Assembly: GCA_965238225.1 (NCBI GenBank)
Contig: OZ250183.1
Coordinates: 704,001 to 768,000, forward strand
Direction of reading: 5' to 3'
Length of the DNA: 64,000 nt
Source: Gammaproteobacteria bacterium
GTDB taxonomy: Bacteria; Pseudomonadota; Gammaproteobacteria; Eutrophobiales; Eutrophobiaceae
The position numbers and the translations under genes were made by a program. Position 1 is the stretch's first letter. Each line of letters starts with the position of its first letter. Positions 1 to 10,016 of the stretch are shown here, piece after piece. The notes under the pieces were generated by a model. The model did no database searches and had not been told where the DNA came from. It was given only the letters and a program-made list of their open reading frames with translations.

Positions 1-1
1 G

Positions 2-988
2 AAACAAAGAGAAGCTATCGCAGCTGAAAGAAAGAAACTTGAGCAGGAAAAAATTGAAATAGAAGAACAAAAAAAACTGGCTGATAAAGAAGCAAAGGAG
101 AAACTCAAGGAAGAAGAGGAAAGAATTAAGAGATTTGAACAAGAGGCTAAAGCTAAAATTCAGAAAGAGAAAAAGAATCTTGAGGAACTTTATGTCAGAA
201 ATACTGAAAAAATGAAGAAACTTCAGGAGGAGAAAGCCAGAGAAGAAGCTAAAACTAAGAAGGCACAAGAACAACAAGACAACACCCAAGAAGCAAAAAT
301 AGAAATTGAAGCAGCAGCAGAAAAGCGGCGAATAAAACAATCTGAACTAGAAAAGAAAGCCGAAGCTAAGGTCAAGCAGTTGCTGGAAGAAGAGAAGAGT
401 AAGCTTGCTGGAAGATTAGTACAGATAAACAAAGAACTAGAACAGGCAAAACGAGACAGGATGATTTCTGGAGCAGCTCGCAACGCTGCAAAAGAAGAAG
501 CTGCAAAAATTATCGATGAATATAAAGTCCACTCTACACAAGGTGAGGAGGGAGTTGAAACTTCGCTGAAGTCCGAAAGTGTGGAGTTAGAAAAAGAAGC
601 GCAACAAGTCAAGGATAGACTAGATAATACTCATAGAAACAAGGAGACAGTAGAAGCAGGAAAAGCTCTGGAAGATGTGCAACATGAAGAAAAAATTGCA
701 AAAATTGCAGAAGAAGAAAATATGGAAAGTATCCTAGGACAGACAGCGAAAGAAGAAGTAAAATTCAATGAACAAATGGCAGCAGAACTTGATAATTGGA
801 AAAAACAAGAAAACAAAAAGCAGGAACAATTTTTGGCAAAAGAATCTCAATTGGAGAGAATTAGGAGAATTACGGAACGCGCAGAAGCCGCAAAGAAAAA
901 GCAAGAAGAGACTGTCGAAAATTTATTCGCTGAGATTTCAGCACAGATTAGTGATGACAGTCATCGTAAATTGATAGATTCAGACTAG
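2..988 (+). CDS. Long E/K/Q/A-rich coiled-coil protein, C-terminal part (5' end lies outside the window)
   Basis: The frame of ORF 212..988 is open back to position 2 (KQREAIAAERKKLEQEKIE...). Heptad-like charged composition, no catalytic motif visible. Confidence 0.75.
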   Translation, partial: KQREAIAAERKKLEQEKIEIEEQKKLADKEAKEKLKEEEERIKRFEQEAKAKIQKEKKNLEELYVRNTEKMKKLQEEKAREEAKTKKAQEQQDNTQEAKIEIEAAAEKRRIKQSELEKKAEAKVKQLLEEEKSKLAGRLVQINKELEQAKRDRMISGAARNAAKEEAAKIIDEYKVHSTQGEEGVETSLKSESVELEKEAQQVKDRLDNTHRNKETVEAGKALEDVQHEEKIAKIAEEENMESILGQTAKEEVKFNEQMAAELDNWKKQENKKQEQFLAKESQLERIRRITERAEAAKKKQEETVENLFAEISAQISDDSHRKLIDSD

Positions 989-1038
989 TCCGTACAAAAT
1001 TTGTTATTTAATTCAATATTCTTGAAGAGGGCGTTAGT

Positions 1039-1588
1039 ATGAATGATCGTATTGCCATGCGGGTGGGAGAGGCATTGGTTACAGGCAGACCACTAGGTAC
1101 TGCAGCTGAGCCGGGAAATCATCATCGGCGAACTAGATGGCTCATTTGGCACAGCATTTGCGAATCTACTAGGCGATCAATTCAAAGGCCATACACGTGT
1201 TCTTGCTATTATGAATACTGACATCATGGTCAGACCATCAACCTTAATGGTCAGTAAGGTAACAGTCAATAATGAGCGATACACAAATATCCTGATGGGG
1301 ACTGTGTAAGGTGCAATTGCAAATGGTGTGCTTGATGCGGTTAGGAATAGTGATATCCCAAAAGAAAAAGCTAATGATTTAGGAATTATTATATCTGTCT
1401 GGTTAAGCCCCTCCGTCGCAACAGATGATAATCTTGATCATAAAATTTTATTTGATGTTCACCGTAAGGCAACTACTGCAGCAATACATAAGGCAATGAA
1501 TAATGAACCTAGCGTAGATTGGCTGTTGGAAAATCAAGATAAGATTATCCATAAGTATTATCAGATGGGATTGGATGGAAAAATATAA
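1039..1588 (+). pseudogene. fae: Formaldehyde-activating enzyme (Fae family, fae2/fae3-like homologue), disrupted
   Basis: Reconstructs as MNDRIAMRVGEALVTG...AAEP/EIIIGELDGSFGTAFANLLGDQFKGHTRVLAIMNTDIMVRPSTLMVSKVTV...ILMGTV*GAIANGVLDAVR...EPSVDWLLENQ. Extra G at about 1114 and in-frame TAA at 1307-1309. Confidence 0.88.
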
Positions 1589-1722
1589 TTTTAATATCAA
1601 AATATAACCTCTTTTTTGGATTATTATTTAATAGGATTATTCACAAATAATAAATAACTGAAATTCGATGCGCGAAAACATGCGTTTTTTAAACGACTGA
1701 AACAGTAAGAGCTTTCAGTTTT

Positions 1723-2559
1723 TCAAATAGCCCAATTTTTCCAGATAGGTGTGACTGACTCTGGCATAGCAGCCAGTTGGCCTAGTTTAACCCGAGTGTT
1801 GTCAAATCCGTGAAAATCAGAACCTGCAGATCCAAGTAGCTTGAAGCGGTTAGCAAAAGCTGCAGTAGTAATTATCTCATCCACGTTTGAACTCCCGGTA
1901 ACAACTTCAATACCAGCACCGCCAGATTCTTTGAATGCCAGAAGGAATTTTCTAAGCCATGCGGTAGTTATTTTGTAGCGCATCGGGTGAGCAAATATTG
2001 CTTCACCGCCTGCATCTTTGAGGAGCTTTACGCCTTTTGCCATTTCAATCCAGCTTGTCTTAACAAACCCAGGTTTGTTGCGGATCAGATATTTTTTGAA
2101 AACTTCTTTTGTGTCTTTAGCAAATCCCTGTTTTATAAGGACGCGGGCAAAATGGCTGCGCGTAAGTGTACTGGCACCTGCCAGCTCTCTGGCTTCATAA
2201 TAAGCCTTTGAGACACCAATTTTGTCTAGTTTTTTACCCATTTCAACTGCCCGTTGTTGCCGTAATTCTTTAGTTTTTTTGAGAGACTCTTTTAATCTCT
2301 TGTTATCTGCATCTATATCAAGACCCACAATATGAAAATTCTTATCCATCCATGAAACGGAGAGTTCAATGCCTGAAAATAACTTGATGTTTTGTTTGTA
2401 TGCTTCATTTCCAGCTTCAGCAATACCTTCTATCGTATCGTGATCAGTTACCGCCAGAACATCTACACCATTGGTTTTTGCTTCAATAACTAATGCTTTT
2501 GGTGAAAGCTCTCCATCTGAAGCCGTTGTGTGCGTGTGTAGATCATAGACAACGCTCAT
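1723..2559 (-). CDS. PHP-domain metallophosphoesterase (YciV/TrpH/RNase AM family)
   Basis: DLHTHTTASDG, AVTDHDT, GIELS, AHP and GSDFHG motifs. Confidence 0.9.
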   Translation of the reverse strand: MSVVYDLHTHTTASDGELSPKALVIEAKTNGVDVLAVTDHDTIEGIAEAGNEAYKQNIKLFSGIELSVSWMDKNFHIVGLDIDADNKRLKESLKKTKELRQQRAVEMGKKLDKIGVSKAYYEARELAGASTLTRSHFARVLIKQGFAKDTKEVFKKYLIRNKPGFVKTSWIEMAKGVKLLKDAGGEAIFAHPMRYKITTAWLRKFLLAFKESGGAGIEVVTGSSNVDEIITTAAFANRFKLLGSAGSDFHGFDNTRVKLGQLAAMPESVTPIWKNWAI

Positions 2560-2568
2560 AATAGCTCC

Positions 2569-3051
2569 TCAATCTCTAAAATTTGTGTATTGCAGTGGCA
2601 ATGAGATATCTGCATCTTTAAATAGAGCCATCACAGCCTGCAGATCATCCCGTTTTTTGCCAGTGACACGAACTTGTTTTCCTTGGATGGTGCTTTGAAC
2701 TTTAAGTTTTGATGTCTTTACCAGTTCGGTAATTTTTTTTGTTAGTTCTCTATCCAATCCCTGTTGTATAATAATAATTTGTTTTGCTTCATTATTTGAT
2801 TCTTTGATATCACCTCTATCTAGACAGCCAGTATCAATTTTTCTTTTTGCCAATTTATTTTGTAATATATTAAATATTTGTTCTATTTGGAATTCTGCTG
2901 GAGCAGTCAAGGTCATTTCTGCATCCTTGCGAACAACACGTGAATTACTACCCTTGAAATCAAAACGGGTAGAGACTTCCCTGTTCGTCTGATCAACGGC
3001 ATTTGAGAGTTCATGCATATTGACCTCTGAGACAACATCGAATGAAGGCAT
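2569..3051 (-). CDS. yajQ: YajQ family nucleotide/c-di-GMP-binding protein
   Basis: MPSFDVVSEV start, RFDFKG, VRVTGKKRDDLQ, LQYTNFRD end. Confidence 0.95.
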   Translation of the reverse strand: MPSFDVVSEVNMHELSNAVDQTNREVSTRFDFKGSNSRVVRKDAEMTLTAPAEFQIEQIFNILQNKLAKRKIDTGCLDRGDIKESNNEAKQIIIIQQGLDRELTKKITELVKTSKLKVQSTIQGKQVRVTGKKRDDLQAVMALFKDADISLPLQYTNFRD

Positions 3052-3426
3052 TGTGGTTTCCTCGACAATTGTTAATTTTGGCTACTTAATTCGCGCAGTA
3101 TAGCAATTATTTAGGAAGTATTTCAGCCAACATCATTGTATAGAATAATTTGTTCAATCAGGACAAAGAAGCTAGATATAATCGATGCCTTTTCCGGTAA
3201 AAGCGACGGAACCTCAGTATCTATCATAAATATTCTGCAAATTTTTTAGCATTATCTGAAGTACATAGGTATGTACCGACCGTTTTATATGGCGAGCAAG
3301 TGAGTTGCACTTACAAAGTGTAATGCATGTCCTATGTAACGCAATACTTTTATTCGTTAGTTGTAGCATTCTTTGCCTACAATATGCGTTACATTTTTTT
3401 GTATGGCAATTTCATGTAAATTCAAA

Positions 3427-4491
3427 TTATTTTTTCCAGGATTTTGGCTTGATAATTGCGCGCTTAAATGCAGGTGTCATGATCTCAATAAAATCATCTT
3501 TATTGCGGACAATAAAAAGGGCAGCAAGATTTTTTTTGAGCGCTAATTCGAAACCACGCGCTGAGCCAAGTATAAGCAGAGCGGTGGCTATGGCATCTGC
3601 TGCCATGGTTGAAGGATGCAAAACTGTTACTGAAGCGAGTTTATGTGTGATTGGTTTTCCCGTCATTGGGTCAATGGTATGTGAGTAGCGAACATCGTTT
3701 ACTTCAAAATAATTACGGTAATCACCTGATGTCGCCATGCCGGCATTATCCAAAGCGATGACAATTTGCGCGGTACTCTTACCATCTAAGGGGTTTTCAA
3801 TACCGATATGCCATATTTTATTGTTTGGATTATTGCCTTTAGTTTTTATTTCTCCACCAATTTCAACCATGTAATTATTGATACTTAACTCATCAAGGTA
3901 AGCGGCAATCATGTCAACAGCATAGCCTTTTGCGATGGCCGAAAGATCAATATACAGATTTGGCTTGTCTTTTTTCATTGCATAAGGTTGTGTGCGCAAA
4001 TGGATATATTGAGATCCAACTTTATCAAGCGCTTTCTCAATTGTTGCTTGGTTTGGGATGATATTGGACTGCGTTTTCGGACCAAAACCCCAGAGATTAA
4101 CGACAGAACCTACGGTAATATCAAAGGCATGATGACTTAGCTTATTTATCCTTAAGGCTTCTTTGATTACCGTATAAAGGCCGGCTGGAATTTCTTGCCA
4201 GTCCTGAGTTCTTGACTGATTGAAGATGGAAAGGGCAGATGTTTTTATGTAGGTAGACATTTGAGAATTTATTTTATCCAGTCGAGAGTTAATTCCTTTT
4301 GAAATTGTATCGTGATCTATATTCGTATTGGCACCGTGCATTTTGATTGTGTATGTCGTGCCCATGGTAAAGCCTGATAAAACGAATGGCTGTTTATATT
4401 CAGGTGGAGTTCCACATGCATACAGGCCTGTGAAAAATGAGAATAGAATAAGATTTTTGAAGAAATGATCTGAAAGACCCATATTCATCAT
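3427..4491 (-). CDS. apbE: FAD:protein FMN transferase (ApbE lipoprotein)
   Basis: Lipobox LYAC, GFTMGTTY, FDITVG, DLSAIAKGYAVD, EIGGE, ATSGDYRNYF, SHTIDP, ADAIATAL. True start probably 4482-4491 rather than 4686. Confidence 0.92.
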   Translation of the reverse strand: MMNMGLSDHFFKNLILFSFFTGLYACGTPPEYKQPFVLSGFTMGTTYTIKMHGANTNIDHDTISKGINSRLDKINSQMSTYIKTSALSIFNQSRTQDWQEIPAGLYTVIKEALRINKLSHHAFDITVGSVVNLWGFGPKTQSNIIPNQATIEKALDKVGSQYIHLRTQPYAMKKDKPNLYIDLSAIAKGYAVDMIAAYLDELSINNYMVEIGGEIKTKGNNPNNKIWHIGIENPLDGKSTAQIVIALDNAGMATSGDYRNYFEVNDVRYSHTIDPMTGKPITHKLASVTVLHPSTMAADAIATALLILGSARGFELALKKNLAALFIVRNKDDFIEIMTPAFKRAIIKPKSWKK

Positions 4492-4844
4492 GACTTTACA
4501 CCTTATCCCCAAGGAAACCAGCCAACTGGGTTGTGTGTATGTTGTATCAAATAAGGTGAATCTTCTAGAATCAACCAATTGGTATAGATGACTTGCCCTT
4601 GAACAGGGATGTAACGAGTTTTTGGTAAATAGTCTTTTTCTGGCGCTGGATAGCGTTATTAAGCTGATATTCAAGCTTGTTGCCATGAGTATCTAGCCCT
4701 AGGCAGTATCTTTGCAAGGCCTAAATGGGCGCAAGAGAAAATAAATATATAAATTATTGGGATTAATCTCAGGATTAATCGTAGGATCATAAGTGTCAAA
4801 TCGTTAGGATGTTAGACAAGCAAGAATAGCATAACAACACAAAT

Positions 4845-6293
4845 ATGAACTACAAAAACGATAAAACAGAACGTCAAAAAAATATTCGACTATTATTGCT
4901 ATCTATTTTCTGCATATTAGTGTTTTCTGCTTGCGACAATCAAAATACGATTATTGAACAAATTCGTGAATCTGGTGAGTTACGGTTTGCCACTGTAGAA
5001 AGTCCATTGACGTATTTTAAAGGTTCAAGCGGGGAAGCCGAAGGCCTCGAATACGAATTGGCCAGTATGTTTGCTGACAGACTGGATGTTGATTTGAATT
5101 TGCTTGTTGCAAAAAACAAGCATGATGTGACTTCACTTGTTACTAATAATAAAACTCATATCGGTGCATCTGCATTATCTGGATACCCTGATAATACACT
5201 TGAATATGGTTTCGTCTATATCACGGCAAAGAGGCAACTTATTTATAATCAGAAAAATATAAAACCGAAATCAATTGCATTCCTTAAAGATGAGAAGATC
5301 GTTATAGTCGAAGATAAATCCCATCAAACGCTGTTAAGAAAAACAGGTTCTTCTTATCCAGATATCACTGAGCGTATGATTGAAAATAAAAGCATGATTG
5401 AAATTTTTAAGATGGTTAATGATAATATCATGTCAACTGCAGTGGTAGATTCTAATTGGGCAGATATGTATCGTTATCTCTTTCCTGAAGTCAGGGTTGC
5501 TTTTGACATTACGGGAGAATTACCTGTTGCATGGATATACAGGCGCAATAATGATCGATCCTTGCATGAGGAGATCAGAAAATTCTTTAATGAAATTAAT
5601 GAAAATGGCTCATTGGATAAATTAATTAGTCGTTATTATAAGCATGCTAAATTATTTGACTATATTGATACGCGCGTGTTTATAGAGAGTATTCGTCACA
5701 GATTACCGAAATTTAAGAAGCTATTCATGAAATCAACTAGGGGAATGGATCTGGATTGGAATCTCTTAGCAGCAATGAGCTATCAGGAATCTCATTGGAA
5801 TCCAAATGCAAAATCTCCCACAGGTGTACGAGGATTGATGATGTTAACAATAGACACAGCTAAATCGTTGGGCGTTGAAAACAGGCTTGATCCAGAACAA
5901 AGTATTTTAGGTGGTGCACGTTACTTGATTAGGATGAAAAATAGAATACCGAAAAATATTCAGGGTGAGGATAGATTGTGGTTTGCACTTGCTGCCTATA
6001 ATGTTGGTTTTGGACATCTGCAAGATGCTAGGAAATTAACCAAGTCTCAAGGCGGTGATCCGAATAAGTGGCTAGATGTAAAAGAAAAATTACCATTACT
6101 GGCAGTTAAGAAGTGGTATAAAAAAACTGATTATGGCTATGCCAGAGGGAAAGAACCTGTGAATTATGTAAGAAATATTCAGCGTTATTATAACATTTTA
6201 AAATGGAAAAATGCTGAGGCTAAAAGAGTTGTTCGACAAAAAAAGATAATAGAGAATAAAGTATTGCCAATCATAAAATCTCTAGCATTATAA
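4845..6293 (+). CDS. mltF: Membrane-bound lytic murein transglycosylase F
   Basis: N-terminal substrate-binding domain (GLEYELA), then SLT domain: YQESHWNP, SPTGVRGLMMLT, ALAAYNVGFGH, YGYARG. Confidence 0.93.
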   Translation: MNYKNDKTERQKNIRLLLLSIFCILVFSACDNQNTIIEQIRESGELRFATVESPLTYFKGSSGEAEGLEYELASMFADRLDVDLNLLVAKNKHDVTSLVTNNKTHIGASALSGYPDNTLEYGFVYITAKRQLIYNQKNIKPKSIAFLKDEKIVIVEDKSHQTLLRKTGSSYPDITERMIENKSMIEIFKMVNDNIMSTAVVDSNWADMYRYLFPEVRVAFDITGELPVAWIYRRNNDRSLHEEIRKFFNEINENGSLDKLISRYYKHAKLFDYIDTRVFIESIRHRLPKFKKLFMKSTRGMDLDWNLLAAMSYQESHWNPNAKSPTGVRGLMMLTIDTAKSLGVENRLDPEQSILGGARYLIRMKNRIPKNIQGEDRLWFALAAYNVGFGHLQDARKLTKSQGGDPNKWLDVKEKLPLLAVKKWYKKTDYGYARGKEPVNYVRNIQRYYNILKWKNAEAKRVVRQKKIIENKVLPIIKSLAL

Positions 6294-6337
6294 TTATTCA
6301 TATATTGAATATTCATTAATATTATTCATTAGACCAT

Positions 6338-6999
6338 TTATTTTAGAATGTCTTGGTCATAATTATCACCTTGAGAAATTTTTTTGATTTCAAATAAAAG
6401 ATATTTAATTTTGGAGTTTTTTGATTTATACGCAAGCGATATCTATGCATACGCTTGAACATAATCCTTTGTCACCCTAAATCCTCTTGCTAAATGGATT
6501 GCCACGGCACATTGAGCTTTAAAATGTCTTTGTTTCGCCGCTTTCTTCTTATCTGTTTTGATGCCAAGTTCTTGCAGATATATATTTCTCAATTGGCAAT
6601 TTACTCTGTAAAAGCCTTTGCGTAATCCCTTTTTTTGTAGCAATGCCCCGTTGATAACACAAGGCCAAAATTTATTTTGGCATCACCATTACTTTCATTT
6701 GCAGATAAAAAGAACCAGTGAGATGTTTATGAATCATTCCGTGTCACACCTTTGTTTATTAAAATATTGTCCTGACTGATTCTGAGTTTTTGTTGACTCC
6801 ATTTGCGCCGTTTTATGGCACCAAATATATATCAAAATTAAGAGAAATATACACACCAAAGCCACGCTCATATAAATCTGCAAGACCACGTTGAGCACCA
6901 ATATCACCTGAACCAGCATTAGAAATAGTTATATTATGCCTGTTGGCATACTTTTAAGCAGTTTGGATATGATCATCCAATCATTTGTCTATTTTTCAT
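6338..6999 (-). pseudogene. Heavily degraded Sel1-repeat protein
   Basis: Sel1-like fragments in different frames: AGSGDIGAQRGLADLYERGFGV (6917-6852), SANESNGDAKINFG/LCYQRGIATKK/DYAKAF, and AAKQRHFKAQCAVAIHLARGFRVTKDYVQAYA*ISLA (probable TGG->TAG). Boundaries approximate. Confidence 0.7.
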
Positions 7000-7052
7000 G
7001 TTTCAGCAAACCGCTTTACTGTTATTCATAAACACCTGATAGAATTATACTT

Positions 7053-8057
7053 ATGGATGAAACAAAAGAGATTGATTCTTTTCAAAATCTTGGCCCAGAT
7101 GAGATTCTGAATGCGATTGAAAGTATCGGATTAGAATGTGATGGTCATGTTTTTGCGTTAAATAGTTATGAAAACAGGGTTTATCAGATTGGCATTAATG
7201 AATCTGAACCTGTCATTGCCAAATTTTATCGACCAGCACGATGGTCGGACGAAGCCATTAAGGAAGAACAGCAATTTACAATCCAGTTAACTGAATGTGA
7301 AATCCCAGTGGTTGCGCCGATTTTTGATAAAAAAAGCGAAACCTTATATAGGCACAAAAATTTCCGTTTCTCACTATATCCCCGCAAGGGCGGACGTCCC
7401 CCGGAACTAGATAACCCCGAACACCTGAAACAATTTGGTCGATTTATAGCACGAATTCATAATATTGGTGCAGTTGAGCCATATCAATACAGACCGACAC
7501 TAGAGCCTGAAAGCTTTGGCACTGACTGCAATATTTATTTGCTTGAGAATGGATTTATACCGATTGAGTTAGTCACGGCATATCGGACACTGACCGAAGA
7601 TGTAATGAAAAGAATTTATCAATGTTACGATCGAGCAGGAGATGTCAGTGCTATTCGATTACATGGCGATTGTCATTATGGCAATATCCTTTGGCGAGAT
7701 GACATTCCTTTCATTCTTGATTTCGATGATGCTCGGATGGGCCCAGCGGTTCAGGATTTGTGGATGTTTTTGTCAGGTGATAGAGAGTACATGACCGAGC
7801 GACTTACTGATTTACTAGAAGGCTATTCTGAATTCCGTGATTTTAATGTTAGAGAATTGTATTTAATTGAAGCGCTTAGGTCACTCAGGATAATGTATCA
7901 CGCAGCATGGTTAGCGCGTCGATGGCATGACCCCGCCTTTCCTATGGCGTTCCCATATTTTAATACCCAACAGTATTGGGAAGATCATATACTGAGTTTA
8001 CGTGAACAAACAGCATTGATGGATGAACCACCACTGCAGTGGGACAACTTCTATTAG
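7053..8057 (+). CDS. srkA: Stress response Ser/Thr kinase SrkA (RdoA/YihE)
   Basis: LNSYENRVY, AKFYRPARWS, RLHGDCHYGN, DFDD, GPAVQDLWM, WHDPAFP. Confidence 0.95.
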   Translation: MDETKEIDSFQNLGPDEILNAIESIGLECDGHVFALNSYENRVYQIGINESEPVIAKFYRPARWSDEAIKEEQQFTIQLTECEIPVVAPIFDKKSETLYRHKNFRFSLYPRKGGRPPELDNPEHLKQFGRFIARIHNIGAVEPYQYRPTLEPESFGTDCNIYLLENGFIPIELVTAYRTLTEDVMKRIYQCYDRAGDVSAIRLHGDCHYGNILWRDDIPFILDFDDARMGPAVQDLWMFLSGDREYMTERLTDLLEGYSEFRDFNVRELYLIEALRSLRIMYHAAWLARRWHDPAFPMAFPYFNTQQYWEDHILSLREQTALMDEPPLQWDNFY

Positions 8058-8118
8058 AGTCCTGAAGAAGGATATCAGATACCTAAAAGACGCTCGAATA
8101 CAGGATAAAAACAAGACA

Positions 8119-9909
8119 GTGAATCAAACATACGACTGGAAATATATTTTGAAGATTGCCAGTGAACACAAGAGTGAAATTGTCTGCGCAAATATTATTG
8201 CTGTTTTATCAACACTCGCCAGCGTACCTTTGCCTTTATTGATGCCATTGTTGGTTGATGAAGTATTATTGAATCAACCAGCAACTGTCGTTGCAATAAT
8301 TAATGCTAATACTCCTAGTGTATGGCATGGATCAATACTCTATATCACAGTGATATTGATTTTTACTTTATGTTTGCGACTCACCGCGTTGCTATTGAAT
8401 GTATATCAATCTAGACAATTTACTATTATTGCTAAAGATGTCATTTTCAAAATTCGCTATTCCCTGTTGTTACACTTGGAGAAGGTTTCTATGTCTGAAT
8501 ATGAAACACTGGGTTCTGGCACTGTTGCCTCATATTTAGTCACAGACTTACAAACCATTGATGACTTTATAGGCGATACTGTCAGTCACCTGTTGGTTGC
8601 TGTTTTAACGGTGATTGGTGTTACAGCAATTCTTCTTTGGATACACTGGCAGATGGCATTACTCATCTTGTTTGTCAATCCTATAGTCATTTATTTCACC
8701 ATGGTTTTGGGTAAGCATGTTAAGGAATTAAAAAAGCAAGAAAATTTAACCTTCGCTATCTTCCAGCAAAGTCTTGTTGAAACACTGGATTCAATTCATC
8801 AAATACGTGCCAGTAATCGTGAGCGTCATTATATTATGAGAGTTATTGAACAGGCAAGACATGTCAAAGAATATGACACTGCATTTTCGTGGAAAAGCGA
8901 TGCGGCAAACCGCTTTAGTTTTATTATCTTTATGTTTGGGGTTGATCTGTTCCGCGCTATCGCCATGATGATGGTTATTTTTTCAGGACTTAGTATTGGA
9001 CAAATGTTCGCTGTATTTGGTTATCTATGGTTTATGATGAGTCCGGTACAGGAGATTCTTAACATTCAATATGCTTGGTATAGTGCAAATGCTGCACTTG
9101 AAAGAGTCAATTCTGTGCCTGCATTACATCAAGAACCTGAATATAGACGCATAAAGAATCCATTTGAGAATAAACATACAGTCGGCATCAGAATTGAAGA
9201 TGTTCATTTTACTTATGGAAATGGCAACTCAGATGTTTTGGATGGAATTAGTTTAGATATCATGTCGGGAAAGAAAATAGCTTTAGTGGGCGCGAGTGGC
9301 GGAGGTAAATCGACATTGGTGCAGGTTCTAATCGGTCTATATTCTGCCAAGTCAGGCATGATTTATTATGACGATATTCCTGTTACAGATATTGGTCTCG
9401 ATGTAATTCGTGAAAATGTCGCAACGGTACTGCAACATCCTGCATTGTTTAATGATTCCATAAGAACAAATATAACAATGGGTCGTGAATTGGATGATGA
9501 TCGTTTGTGGCACGCTCTTGAGATAGCACAGTTAAAAAGTATGGTAGAGGAAATGCAAAATGGTCTGGATACTGTTGTCGGCAGGCAAGGTATTCGGTTA
9601 TCTGGAGGACAGAGGCAGCGATTAGCTATTGCACGTATGCTATTAAGTGAACCGAAGGTTGTAATTTTAGATGAAGCAACATCTGCGTTGGATGCTGAGA
9701 CCGAATATCAATTATATGCTGCTTTAAGTGATTTCCTTAAAGACAGAACTACTTTGATTGTGGCGCACAGACTAAGTGCTATTAAACAGGCAAATCATGT
9801 TTATGTGTTTGAGGCAGGAGTGATTAGCGAACAAGGTAGCCATACAGAATTACTGTTACAAGATGGTCTTTATTCAAAATTATATGGTGTCAGGCAGTCA
9901 ATGAGCTGA
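8119..9909 (+). CDS. ABC exporter, fused permease/ATP-binding protein
   Basis: TM domain plus Walker A GASGGGKST, LSGGQRQR, ILDEATS, VAHRLS. Probable GTG start at 8119 (ORF track starts at 8023). Confidence 0.9.
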   Translation: MNQTYDWKYILKIASEHKSEIVCANIIAVLSTLASVPLPLLMPLLVDEVLLNQPATVVAIINANTPSVWHGSILYITVILIFTLCLRLTALLLNVYQSRQFTIIAKDVIFKIRYSLLLHLEKVSMSEYETLGSGTVASYLVTDLQTIDDFIGDTVSHLLVAVLTVIGVTAILLWIHWQMALLILFVNPIVIYFTMVLGKHVKELKKQENLTFAIFQQSLVETLDSIHQIRASNRERHYIMRVIEQARHVKEYDTAFSWKSDAANRFSFIIFMFGVDLFRAIAMMMVIFSGLSIGQMFAVFGYLWFMMSPVQEILNIQYAWYSANAALERVNSVPALHQEPEYRRIKNPFENKHTVGIRIEDVHFTYGNGNSDVLDGISLDIMSGKKIALVGASGGGKSTLVQVLIGLYSAKSGMIYYDDIPVTDIGLDVIRENVATVLQHPALFNDSIRTNITMGRELDDDRLWHALEIAQLKSMVEEMQNGLDTVVGRQGIRLSGGQRQRLAIARMLLSEPKVVILDEATSALDAETEYQLYAALSDFLKDRTTLIVAHRLSAIKQANHVYVFEAGVISEQGSHTELLLQDGLYSKLYGVRQSMS

Positions 9910-10016
9910 TAGGGATTAAACGAGAATATCCTCAGATATTTCAAGACGTTTATGCACATTGGCATTCTTCGCAACACCTATACCTTGAAGCTTGAACTCA
10001 TTGTCTGAAAGAGAAC

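Noticed and set aside
3305-3688. 127-aa + strand ORF overlapping the apbE 3' end
   Set aside because: Mostly antisense to apbE, with a weak TTG start and no recognisable domain.
4492-4686. 65-aa N-terminal extension of ApbE in the ORF track
   Set aside because: The signal peptide and lipobox begin near 4482-4491. The extension has no recognisable features and is probably chance open frame.
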